Below, piece by piece: positions 31,703-41,462 of a stretch of 41,462 nt of DNA. Position 1 is the first letter of the stretch. Every line of letters begins with the position of its first letter. Source of the DNA: an uncultured Rhodoferax sp. (GTDB lineage Bacteria; Pseudomonadota; Gammaproteobacteria; Burkholderiales; Burkholderiaceae_C). A program made the translations under genes and the position numbers. The stretch covers positions 1 through 41,462 of the forward strand of contig CAZADK010000001.1 of NCBI GenBank assembly GCA_964483855.1, read 5' to 3'. The notes under the pieces were generated by a model. It was not told the DNA's origin and made no database searches. It saw only the letters and a program-made list of their open reading frames with translations.

Positions 31703-33269
31703 CGTAAAGCGTCTCCACGGTAATCGTTATCACGCCCTGTTCCTGTGCGTATCGCTCCGTATTGCGACGGGCCTTGCCACGCACAAAAAAGGGTATCTTG
31801 TTAAGCTCTTTTTCTGCTTCAGACGTCCAGCCGTTCGGAAGCGACGCCACTGCTGTCACGGGCACCATAATTTCCGGGCTGACCGGCGCGGCCTTGGGAA
31901 CCGGCTTGGCAGTAACGGGCTCCGGTGCAGGCTGTGCGTGCCCCGCTCCGAGGTGCGAGGGCGCAGCGCCGGCAGCAAACTCAAAGTCTTCCCGGAACAT
32001 GCCCAACAGATGCTCCTCCAGCCCCATCATGAGCGGGTGCACCCAGGTGTCAAACAGCACATTGGCACCTTCGAATCCCATTTGGGGCGCATACCGTGCC
32101 GGAAAGTCCTGCACGTGCACCGGCGCGGAAATGACCGCACACGGAATGCCATGGCGCTTGGCAATGTGGCGCTCCATCTGGGTACCGAGGATGAGCTCGG
32201 GTTGCAAGGCGGTGATTTGCTCTTCTACCGCCAGATAGTCGTCGGTGATCAGCGCCTCGACACCATATTGCCTGGCCGCATCGCGTACGTCGCGCGCCAA
32301 CTCCCGGCTGTAAGTGCCCATGCCCACGACCTCGAAGCCCATTTCCCGACTGGCCACCCGTGCGGCAGCGACCACGTGGGACGCATCACCAAACAGATAT
32401 ACGCGTTTGCCCGTGAGGTAGGTTGAATCGACCGATCGTGCGTACCACGCTGCCTTGGACTGATCCACGGGAATTGAGGCGGGGTCGAGCCGCGCAAGGC
32501 CAGCCACTTCCCGCATGAACTCCTGCGTGGCTGACGTGCCAATGGGAATGGTGCGGGTGTAAGGCTGACCAAACTGGCGCTCAAGCCACGCTGCCGTGGT
32601 GTGGGCCACTTCGGGGTAGAGCACTACATTGAAGTCAGCTTGCGCCAGGCAGGCGATATCTGCCGTACTGGCGCCACGCGGCGCAACGGTTTGAACTTCC
32701 ACACCCATGCTTTGCAGCAGCCGGGTAATTTCAATCTCGTCGTCGCGGTGGCGAAACCCCATGGCTGTAGGCCCGAGTATGTTGCAACGGGGTTTGCGCG
32801 AGCCATCCAGGGGCGTGCGCGCTGCGATGGGGCGAACCAGACGCCGAGCGAGTTGGTAGAAGGTCTCCGCAGCTCCCCAGTTTTCCTTGCGCTGGTAGGC
32901 GGGCAGCTCCAGGGGGATCACAGGAATCGGCAAGTTCAAAGCCAGCGCGAGCCCGCCGGGATCGTCCTGGATCAACTCTGCGGTACAGGAAGACCCCACC
33001 AGCATAGCCTTGGGGGCAAAGCGGTCGAACGCGCTTTGGGCGGCATCCTTGAACAACTGCGCTGTATCACCACCCAGATCACGCGCCTGGAAGGTGGTGT
33101 ACGTGACGGGCGGGCGACGGGGCAAGCGCTCGATCATCGTGAACAGCAAATCCGCATACGTGTCGCCTTGGGGCGCGTGCAGGACGTAATGCACGTCGGT
33201 CATGGCCGTGGCAACGCGCATGGCTCCGACATGGGGCGGGCCTTCGTATGTCCACAGAGTCAATTGCAT
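31677..33269 (-). CDS. bchB: Dark-operative protochlorophyllide reductase subunit B
   Basis: '[31 protein letters not shown]' and C-terminal '[15 protein letters not shown]'. Confidence 0.97.
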
Positions 33270-33280
33270 CGCGTGTCGCC

Positions 33281-35094
<1,814 letters not shown>

Positions 35095-35147
35095 CGGATC
35101 GTTTTCAGGTCGGGTGTTGAACGTACTGTAGGCATCTCGAATCGCAG

Positions 35148-35181
35148 TGTCAACTTAAATTGACGTATTTCTTTATTTACA
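35148..35181. promoter_or_regulatory. Near-consensus PpsR sites in the divergent bchF/ppaA promoter
   Basis: TGTCAACTTAAATTGACG (35148-35165) and the overlapping CGTATTTCTTTATTTACA (35164-35181), each one mismatch from TGT-N12-ACA. Confidence 0.7.
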
Positions 35182-35257
35182 AACTTGGGGTTTTCCCTAG
35201 GTTCGCTTTGTCGAAAAGGAATAAAACTTGGGCCACTGCTGTTAAAAGGCGTTACCC

Positions 35258-36034
35258 ATGCAAGCCCTTCAGTCTCCCAGTCGTCCCATTTCACCTGGCA
35301 TCCACGGACCCACGGGCTTCAACTTGCGGCGAGTACGTTCGCGTGCCAAGGAGGCAAGTCCAGTGGTGGGCATCGCAGCCGATGATGTAGGCGCGCTGGC
35401 CCTGGCTTGCCTTCAGGACCAGCAATCGGCCATGGCTGTTGTCGATAACTGGACGCAGCGTGGGGTTGATCTCGAAACAATCTATCTGCAAGGAATTGCT
35501 GGTGTCTGCCAGGCGTTTGGTCCTTGGTGGCAAGAGGACAGCGTGGACTTTGCAACTGCCACGTTGGCGAGTGCCAGGCTTCAAGCGGTGCTGTACGAGT
35601 TAAGCCCCCTTTTCCTGGAGCATGCCAACGAGAACACCAATGGGTACAGCGCGCTGCTGCTGAGATGCCCGGCGTCCCAGCACAGCATCGGCAGTTTCAT
35701 GCTGGGGGAGTTTTTCAAGCGTTCAGGCTGGTCGGTGCGCCATCTGGTGTTGGAGAACGAATCGCAAACCCAACGCCTGTTGCAAAGCGAGTGGTTTGAC
35801 GTAGTCGGTTACTCCCTGTGCAGCAACGTTTGCCTGGAACTGGCGCGGTCTTTGTTTCCGCACATTCGACGCCACTGCCGTAATCAGAGCGTGCAAATCA
35901 TGGTGGGTGGACCGTTGGTGTCGGCAAATCCTGCTATCGCCACCGAGATCGGGGCTGACCTGATTGGGGGCGATGCGCGGGATGCGCAGCGCCTGGCGCT
36001 TCGGTACGTGGCGGCACAGGCCTGCATTCGCTGA
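35258..36034 (+). CDS. ppaA: Cobalamin-binding photoregulator / PpsR antirepressor PpaA (AerR)
   Basis: 'WWQEDSVDF', 'SQHSIG..MLGEFFKRSGW', 'FDVVGYS', 'IMVGG'. Lies directly upstream of ppsR and divergent from bchF. Confidence 0.88.
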   Translation: MQALQSPSRPISPGIHGPTGFNLRRVRSRAKEASPVVGIAADDVGALALACLQDQQSAMAVVDNWTQRGVDLETIYLQGIAGVCQAFGPWWQEDSVDFATATLASARLQAVLYELSPLFLEHANENTNGYSALLLRCPASQHSIGSFMLGEFFKRSGWSVRHLVLENESQTQRLLQSEWFDVVGYSLCSNVCLELARSLFPHIRRHCRNQSVQIMVGGPLVSANPAIATEIGADLIGGDARDAQRLALRYVAAQACIR

Positions 36035-36157
36035 GGAAGCGGCAATGTTCCTGGCTGTATCATCTGGCTCTCGCTGCGTGAGTCCAGTGTCTGTGGTGGG
36101 TGAATGGGCAGCCAGGAGCATTGAAACGAAACCGTCAACCCGCATTTGGCTTGCCCC

Positions 36158-37549
36158 ATGAAGTTAGGAATTCTGCATGCCGATACCCTGGCCAAACTGA
36201 TCAACGTTGTCTCCGACATAGCGATCATTTTGGACGAGGACGGGGTGGTCGAAGATGTGTCGGTTCGCAAGGCCGAGTTGGCGGCTTTGGGGTGCCAGAG
36301 CTGGATAGGCAAACCCTGGGCTGACACGGCCAACTCCGACAGCCGAGCCAAGATCCAGGACATCCTCCGCCCGGACAAACCCCAGATCGAAGTGCGCTGG
36401 CGGCACGTCAACCACACTTCCGCTCAAGGTGCGGACGTGGCCGTTCAGTACGCCGTTTTCCACTTGCAGGATCGTGGGAAGTTCCTGGCTATTGGACGTG
36501 ATCTGGAGGCCATGGCGGTGCTCCAACGCAGGCTCGTGGAAACCCAGCAGTCCATGGAGCGGGACTATCTGCGTCTGCGCCATGTTGAAACCCGTTACCG
36601 CATGCTCTTTGATACGACCGCCGAGGCGATCATGCTAGTGGACGGCGTGACCTATCGCGTGCTGGAGGCGAATGCAGGCGCCCAGGCGTTTGTCAAAGAT
36701 TCCATCAGAAAACTCATCGGTCGGGACCTGCAGGAATGCTTTGAGACCCCTTACCGGGAGGAGATTCAGTCCATGCTGCGTATGGCCCATGCCACTGGCC
36801 GTATCGAAATGTGCCGCGCCCGGTTTGCCGGCGCCACCAGCGATTGCACTGCCTCGGCGTCCGTGTTTCGCCAAGAGGGCGGGCCGCAGTTTCTGGTGCG
36901 TCTGCTGCCCCTGGAGCCTGTGCTCGGCCCGTCGGCGTCCAGCACACAAACACTGTTTAGCGAAGCCCTTGAGCACTCGCCTGATGGTTTCGTGCTGACC
37001 GACAAGGCGGGGAAAGTAAAGTCTGCCAACGCTGAGCTGCTCTCCATGCTCGGCGCCACGGCGCCATCCCAGGTCGTCGGCCAACCACTGGAAAACTGGC
37101 TGGTTCGGGGCGGCGTGGATTGGGGAGTCCTGCTGACCAACCTCCGGTCCCAATCCATTGTGCGGGAGTTCGCCACGGAACTACGGTCCATGGCCGGTGG
37201 CGTCATGGCAGTGGAAATATCTGCCCTGGCGCTCGCCAGCGAGGAGACCCACTATGCTTTTTATGTCAAAGACATGGCTCGCCGGCGCCAGCTGGAGACG
37301 CCTGGAACCACCGGTATGGCAGGCTCGGTAGCTGAACTGTCCCGGCTGGTGGGTCGCATGCCCATGAAAGACATCGTGGGCGAAACCATCGACATGATAG
37401 AGAAGATGTGCATTCATTCGGCGCTGGACCTTACCAATAACAACCGCGCCTCAGCGGCCGAGATGCTGGGCCTGTCGCGCCAGAGTCTGTATGTCAAACT
37501 GCGTCGCTTCGGCATGGTGAGTGATACCGATGCAAGCAATTTAAATTGA
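36158..37549 (+). CDS. ppsR: Transcriptional repressor PpsR/CrtJ (PAS domains plus Fis-type HTH)
   Basis: 'QRRLVETQQSMERDY', 'IEKMCIHSAL', 'NNRASAAEMLGLSRQSLYVKLRRFG'. Confidence 0.97.
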   Translation: MKLGILHADTLAKLINVVSDIAIILDEDGVVEDVSVRKAELAALGCQSWIGKPWADTANSDSRAKIQDILRPDKPQIEVRWRHVNHTSAQGADVAVQYAVFHLQDRGKFLAIGRDLEAMAVLQRRLVETQQSMERDYLRLRHVETRYRMLFDTTAEAIMLVDGVTYRVLEANAGAQAFVKDSIRKLIGRDLQECFETPYREEIQSMLRMAHATGRIEMCRARFAGATSDCTASASVFRQEGGPQFLVRLLPLEPVLGPSASSTQTLFSEALEHSPDGFVLTDKAGKVKSANAELLSMLGATAPSQVVGQPLENWLVRGGVDWGVLLTNLRSQSIVREFATELRSMAGGVMAVEISALALASEETHYAFYVKDMARRRQLETPGTTGMAGSVAELSRLVGRMPMKDIVGETIDMIEKMCIHSALDLTNNNRASAAEMLGLSRQSLYVKLRRFGMVSDTDASNLN

Positions 37550-37558
37550 CACTTCGAG

Positions 37559-37576
37559 TGTCAGTTTCTATTGACA
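37559..37576 (+). promoter_or_regulatory. PpsR site upstream of bchG
   Basis: TGTCAGTTTCTATTGACA is a perfect TGT-N12-ACA. A second TTGACA half-site is at 37546-37551. Confidence 0.85.
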
Positions 37577-37603
37577 TTCTGGACGGTGTGGTGACAATCC
37601 CTC

Positions 37604-38488
37604 ATGGTCTATCCTCGGTTGTCCACCGTTGCGGAATTGCTCAAACCCATCACATGGTTTCCTCCCATGTGGGCATTTGCCTGCGGTGTAGTTGCTTCCG
37701 GGCAAAGCATGGGAGACGACTGGTTCATCATCCTGATGGGGCTGGTATTGACCGGACCCTTGGTCTGTGCAAGCAGTCAGGCGGTCAATGACTGGTTTGA
37801 CCGCCACGTCGATGCAATCAACGAGCCAAACCGACCCATTCCATCCGGGCGGATGCCTGGCCACTGGGGTCTTTACATCGCGATTGTCTGGAGCTTGGTC
37901 TCCCTGGCTTGGGCATGGAGCCTGGGTGTTTGGGGATTCTGGGCCTGCGCGCTGGCTGTGGCGCTGTCCTGGGCTTACAGCGCCCCACCTCTGCGACTCA
38001 AACAAAATGGATGGTGGGGCAACGCGGCATGCGGACTCAGTTACGAGGGTCTGGCATGGGTCACGGGCGGCGCGGTGATGCTCGGCGGGGCATTGCCGCT
38101 TGAAAAGTCGCTGACGCTTGCACTGCTGTACAGCGTGGGCGCCCACGGCATCATGACCCTGAACGATTTCAAGGCCGTCCAGGGCGACGCCCAGATGGGA
38201 GTGCGCTCCCTGCCCGTGCAACTCGGTGTCAAAAAAGCCGCGCGCGTCGCCTGCGCTTTCATGGTCATACCTCAACTGTTGGTAGCGGTCCTGTTGCTGC
38301 AATGGAATCAGCCGTTCCATGCGATTGCCGTTTTCCTGCTCTGCGTCGGGCAATTTCCCCTGATGCGACGCTTCATCGCGCAACCCGTCGAGAAGGCCCT
38401 GATGGTGAGCGCATTTGGTGTGCCGTTATTTGTTTCCGGAATGATGGTCAGCGCATGGGCTTTGCACTTTATGGCTGCTGCGCATTGA
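37604..38488 (+). CDS. bchG: Bacteriochlorophyll synthase
   Basis: 'ELLKPITWFPPMWAF', 'NDWFDRHVDAINEPNRPIPSGR', 'GIMTLNDFKA'. Confidence 0.98.
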   Translation: MVYPRLSTVAELLKPITWFPPMWAFACGVVASGQSMGDDWFIILMGLVLTGPLVCASSQAVNDWFDRHVDAINEPNRPIPSGRMPGHWGLYIAIVWSLVSLAWAWSLGVWGFWACALAVALSWAYSAPPLRLKQNGWWGNAACGLSYEGLAWVTGGAVMLGGALPLEKSLTLALLYSVGAHGIMTLNDFKAVQGDAQMGVRSLPVQLGVKKAARVACAFMVIPQLLVAVLLLQWNQPFHAIAVFLLCVGQFPLMRRFIAQPVEKALMVSAFGVPLFVSGMMVSAWALHFMAAAH

Positions 38489-38524
38489 ATAAACGTCAAC
38501 TAACGAACCGTAGGAGTTTCTACC

Positions 38525-39718
38525 ATGCTGCAATCTGAATTTGATGTCGTCGTCGTGGGCGGCGGGCCGTCGGGCGCAACGGCAGCGAACGATCTGGCGA
38601 CGGCCGGGTTTTCCGTGCTGCTGATGGATCGCCAAGGGCGCCCCAAGCCCTGTGGTGGCGCCATTCCGCCGCGCCTCATCAAGGACTTCCAGATACCCGA
38701 CCATCTGCTGGTGGCTAAAGTACGTTGCGCACGTATGGTGTCGCCCAAGAATAACCGGGTGGACATTCCCATCGACAACGGGTTTGTCGGGATGGTCAAC
38801 CGCGACACCTTCGACGAATGGTTGCGTGAACGTGCTGTGGAGCACGGGGCCATGCGCTGCCGCGGATCGTACGAAAAAATCACCCGTGACGATGATGGGG
38901 TTGCCCGCGTTCATTTCAGTGTTTTGGACAAGCATGCCACCGGCGCTTCAACCAGCGTTCGGGCACGCATGGTCATAGGAGCGGATGGTGCGCGCTCCGA
39001 AGTAGCCCGACAAAACATCGTCGGCGCAGAAAAGACAAAGTATGTCTTTGCGTACCACGAAATCATCCGGGCGCCCGAGACGGTCGGCGCGCATGACCCG
39101 GATCGCTGCGACGTTTATTACCAGGGCACCATCTCGCCGGACTTTTATGGCTGGGTGTTTCCGCACGGCGACACGATCAGTGTGGGCACTGGCAGCGCCG
39201 ACAAAGGCTTCTCGTTGCGCAGTTCGGTTGGTCGATTGCGTGATGCGGCTGGGCTGGGTGCCACGGAGACCCTGCGCCGCGAAGGTGCCCCCATACCGCT
39301 CAAGCCGCTTCCGCGATGGGACAACGGACGCGATGTGGTGGTGGTTGGGGACGCCGCAGGTGTTGTGGCTCCAGCGTCCGGCGAAGGGATTTATTACGCC
39401 ATGGCCTGCGGGCGCATGGCCGCAGAGTCCGTAGAACTGGCGTTGAAGACCGGTCATCCCCGTTGCCTCAAACAGGTGCGCAAGCGCTTCCTGCGACAGC
39501 ACGGGAAAGTCTTCTGGGTGCTGGGCATCATGCAGTACTTCTGGTACCAGAATGACAAGCGCCGGGAGCGGTTTGTGAAGATTTGCGAGGACAAGGATGT
39601 GCAACGCCTGACCTTCGAAGCCTACATGAACAAGGAACTGGTGCGTCGCGATATCACCGCGCACATTCGCATTTTCTTCAAGGATCTGGCTCACCTGTTT
39701 GGTCTGGCCAAGGCGTGA
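38525..39718 (+). CDS. bchP: Geranylgeranyl reductase
   Basis: 'VVGGGPSGATAA', 'KPCGGAIPP', 'GDAAGVVAPASGEGIYYAM'. AGGAG RBS. Confidence 0.97.
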   Translation: MLQSEFDVVVVGGGPSGATAANDLATAGFSVLLMDRQGRPKPCGGAIPPRLIKDFQIPDHLLVAKVRCARMVSPKNNRVDIPIDNGFVGMVNRDTFDEWLRERAVEHGAMRCRGSYEKITRDDDGVARVHFSVLDKHATGASTSVRARMVIGADGARSEVARQNIVGAEKTKYVFAYHEIIRAPETVGAHDPDRCDVYYQGTISPDFYGWVFPHGDTISVGTGSADKGFSLRSSVGRLRDAAGLGATETLRREGAPIPLKPLPRWDNGRDVVVVGDAAGVVAPASGEGIYYAMACGRMAAESVELALKTGHPRCLKQVRKRFLRQHGKVFWVLGIMQYFWYQNDKRRERFVKICEDKDVQRLTFEAYMNKELVRRDITAHIRIFFKDLAHLFGLAKA

Positions 39719-39794
39719 ACCGGGACCTGCCCTGGCGGTCGCTCGCCGTGGCATTTGCCGTCAGCCAGGCAATCGCATGGGGCCACGGCCGAAC

Positions 39795-40688
39795 TCAACC
39801 TCCCCTGCGGTTGACCCATTCGAGAATCAGTTCGCAAGCGCCCGCCGGGTCTTCTTCATGGGCCAGGTGACCCAAGCCCGCAAGCGAAACGAGTTCGGCG
39901 TGCGGCATGAGGGCACAAGCCTGCTGGGCCAACACGCCAGGAACAGCCAGGTCGTTCGCACCCACTTGCATGAAGACGGGGCCGCAAAGCCGCGGCAATC
40001 TGCGTGCCAGACCGTCCAGCTGCCATGATGCCATCATGTTCAGCACACCGTTGACATGGGCTGGGGCTTCCAACAACCGCTGGTACAGCGCAATGCCGGA
40101 TTCGTCAAGTCTGGAGCCGGTTCCCTCGATCAAACGTCGCACCATTCCCGGCTTGGCCGCCTGCCTGGACAACCATCTGGCAGACCAAGGATTCAGCGCC
40201 ATGAGTTTGGCCGTTGGCGGGAACAACCAATTGGCCAGTCCTGGAAGCGGCAGCCAGGCTGGGTTGAGTCCGATGACGCAAGGCGTCGGTCGTGCGGAGT
40301 TGCCCAGCACCAGTTGCGCAGCAATCGCTGCGCCCGCGGAGTGTCCCACAATAGCTGCGGGCCACTGACCCAAGGTATCCAACAGGTCGCCGAGGCCCGC
40401 AGTGATGCTCTCCAGCGACAATCCACGCGAGCCCTGCGATGCGCTGAATGCGTGCCCCGGCAGGTCGGGGCACACCACAGTGAAGTGCCGCGACAACACC
40501 GGCACCAGATCGCGCCACGAATGCGTGGACGCACCCGTCCCATGCAGCAGCAACAGGGTTGGTCCGTTACCCGCGATCTGCACATGCCAACGTTGTCCGG
40601 GGGTTTGAACAAAGCGACTGAAGTTGTGGTGGGGCCAGGTTGATTGGCTGGTCTCCCAGTCCAGAGCTGGATACAACGACTCCCACAT
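39795..40688 (-). CDS. bchO: Alpha/beta hydrolase BchO (putative Mg-chelatase accessory protein)
   Basis: 'WHVQ', 'LLHGTGASTHSWR', 'GHSAGAA', 'GHLAHEE'. Lies downstream of bchD. Confidence 0.92.
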   Translation of the reverse strand: MWESLYPALDWETSQSTWPHHNFSRFVQTPGQRWHVQIAGNGPTLLLLHGTGASTHSWRDLVPVLSRHFTVVCPDLPGHAFSASQGSRGLSLESITAGLGDLLDTLGQWPAAIVGHSAGAAIAAQLVLGNSARPTPCVIGLNPAWLPLPGLANWLFPPTAKLMALNPWSARWLSRQAAKPGMVRRLIEGTGSRLDESGIALYQRLLEAPAHVNGVLNMMASWQLDGLARRLPRLCGPVFMQVGANDLAVPGVLAQQACALMPHAELVSLAGLGHLAHEEDPAGACELILEWVNRRGG

Positions 40689-40694
40689 GATTGG

Positions 40695-41462
40695 CTACGC
40701 GCTGGATTGCTGGTGTCGCAGGCTTTCCACCACGCTGGCCATGCGCCGCGCGTCCACATATGGCATGGGCACGTACAGCGCCCCCATGCGAGCTGCCAAC
40801 TCTTTCGCCCGTGGATCGGGTTGCTTGGACGTGTCTATCCACAACGAAGCAAAGCGTTTGCTGCACCACCTCTGAGCCCAGACCTGCGCATCCGCCTGGG
40901 CCTGGGCACGTCCTCCAACCCCCGATAGCGCCACATTGGCCCGCCCATCGCTCAGCAGCACCAGCATAGGCGTCGAGCCATTGCGATGGAGCATCTCTGC
41001 CTGCCTGAATGCAGTCTGGATGCCGGAGGCCAGCGGGGTTCCACCACCACCGGGCAAACCGGCCAATTCCCTCTTGGCACGCACTAGAGAGCGGGTTGGA
41101 GGCAGCAGCAATTGCGCTTGCGTTCCGCGAAAGGCAATCACACATACACTGTCCCGTCGGGAATAAGACTGCTCAAGAAGCAACTCAACAGCGCCTTTGG
41201 CTTCCGCTAGCCGCTGCTGAGCCGCAGAGCCCGAGGCATCCAGTGCAAAGATCAGGCAGCTGGGGCGGTGCTGTTCAAACCGGTGCAGCTGGAAGTCTTC
41301 GGCGCGAATGGCGATGCGCCCGCTCCCCCAGCGCTTGCGCAGGCGCTGTTTGGGCGCTGCCGCGCGCAATGTAGCCAGCAAATGCAGCCGACTCCCGGCA
41401 CCCGGCCTTCCCGGGCGGGGGGCCAAGGGTCTTCCGCGCTGCAAGCCGCGCATGGTTTGGCC
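40695..41462 (-). CDS. bchD: Magnesium chelatase subunit D, C-terminal VWA part (5'-truncated by the window edge)
   Basis: 'LATLRAAAP', MIDAS 'DASGS', 'RLAEAKGAVELLL', 'LPGGGGTPLA', 'SDGRAN'. The frame is open to the window end. Confidence 0.95.
   Translation of the reverse strand, partial: GQTMRGLQRGRPLAPRPGRPGAGSRLHLLATLRAAAPKQRLRKRWGSGRIAIRAEDFQLHRFEQHRPSCLIFALDASGSAAQQRLAEAKGAVELLLEQSYSRRDSVCVIAFRGTQAQLLLPPTRSLVRAKRELAGLPGGGGTPLASGIQTAFRQAEMLHRNGSTPMLVLLSDGRANVALSGVGGRAQAQADAQVWAQRWCSKRFASLWIDTSKQPDPRAKELAARMGALYVPMPYVDARRMASVVESLRHQQSSA

Overview
Most of the window (3.6-41.5 kb) is an anoxygenic type-II photosynthesis gene cluster (PGC) whose gene content and sequences point to a Betaproteobacterium of the Rubrivivax/Rhodoferax/Limnohabitans type (inference). 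The order is crtE-crtF-bchCXYZ-pufB-orf74-pufA-pufL-pufM-crtA-crtD-crtC-DUF2269-SDR (+), then orf51-crtB-crtI-puhE-acsF-puhC-puhB-puhA-lhaA-bchMLHBNF (-), ppaA/aerR-ppsR-bchG-bchP (+), and bchO-bchD (-, truncated by the window end). PpsR palindromes precede crtE, bchC, bchF/ppaA and bchG. The left 3.6 kb holds unrelated genes (Acg-type nitroreductase, enoyl-CoA hydratase, DUF3597), a frameshifted DUF937 gene, an IS91-family transposase remnant and a 7-bp tandem repeat. The most unusual part is the puf operon. A 74-aa ORF between pufB and pufA aligns without gaps to LH1-beta but has lost both conserved histidines. The LH1-alpha is divergent and lacks Trp+11. The reaction centre has substitutions at cofactor-tuning positions (Glu L104->Gln, Leu M160->Cys, Ile L177->Ala), and there is no pufC or pufX although PufM keeps its long tail. 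Two small, apparently related membrane ORFs sit next to crt genes, and one has its hydrophobic segment built from the 7-bp repeat. All family assignments come from motif recognition by eye; no searches were run.
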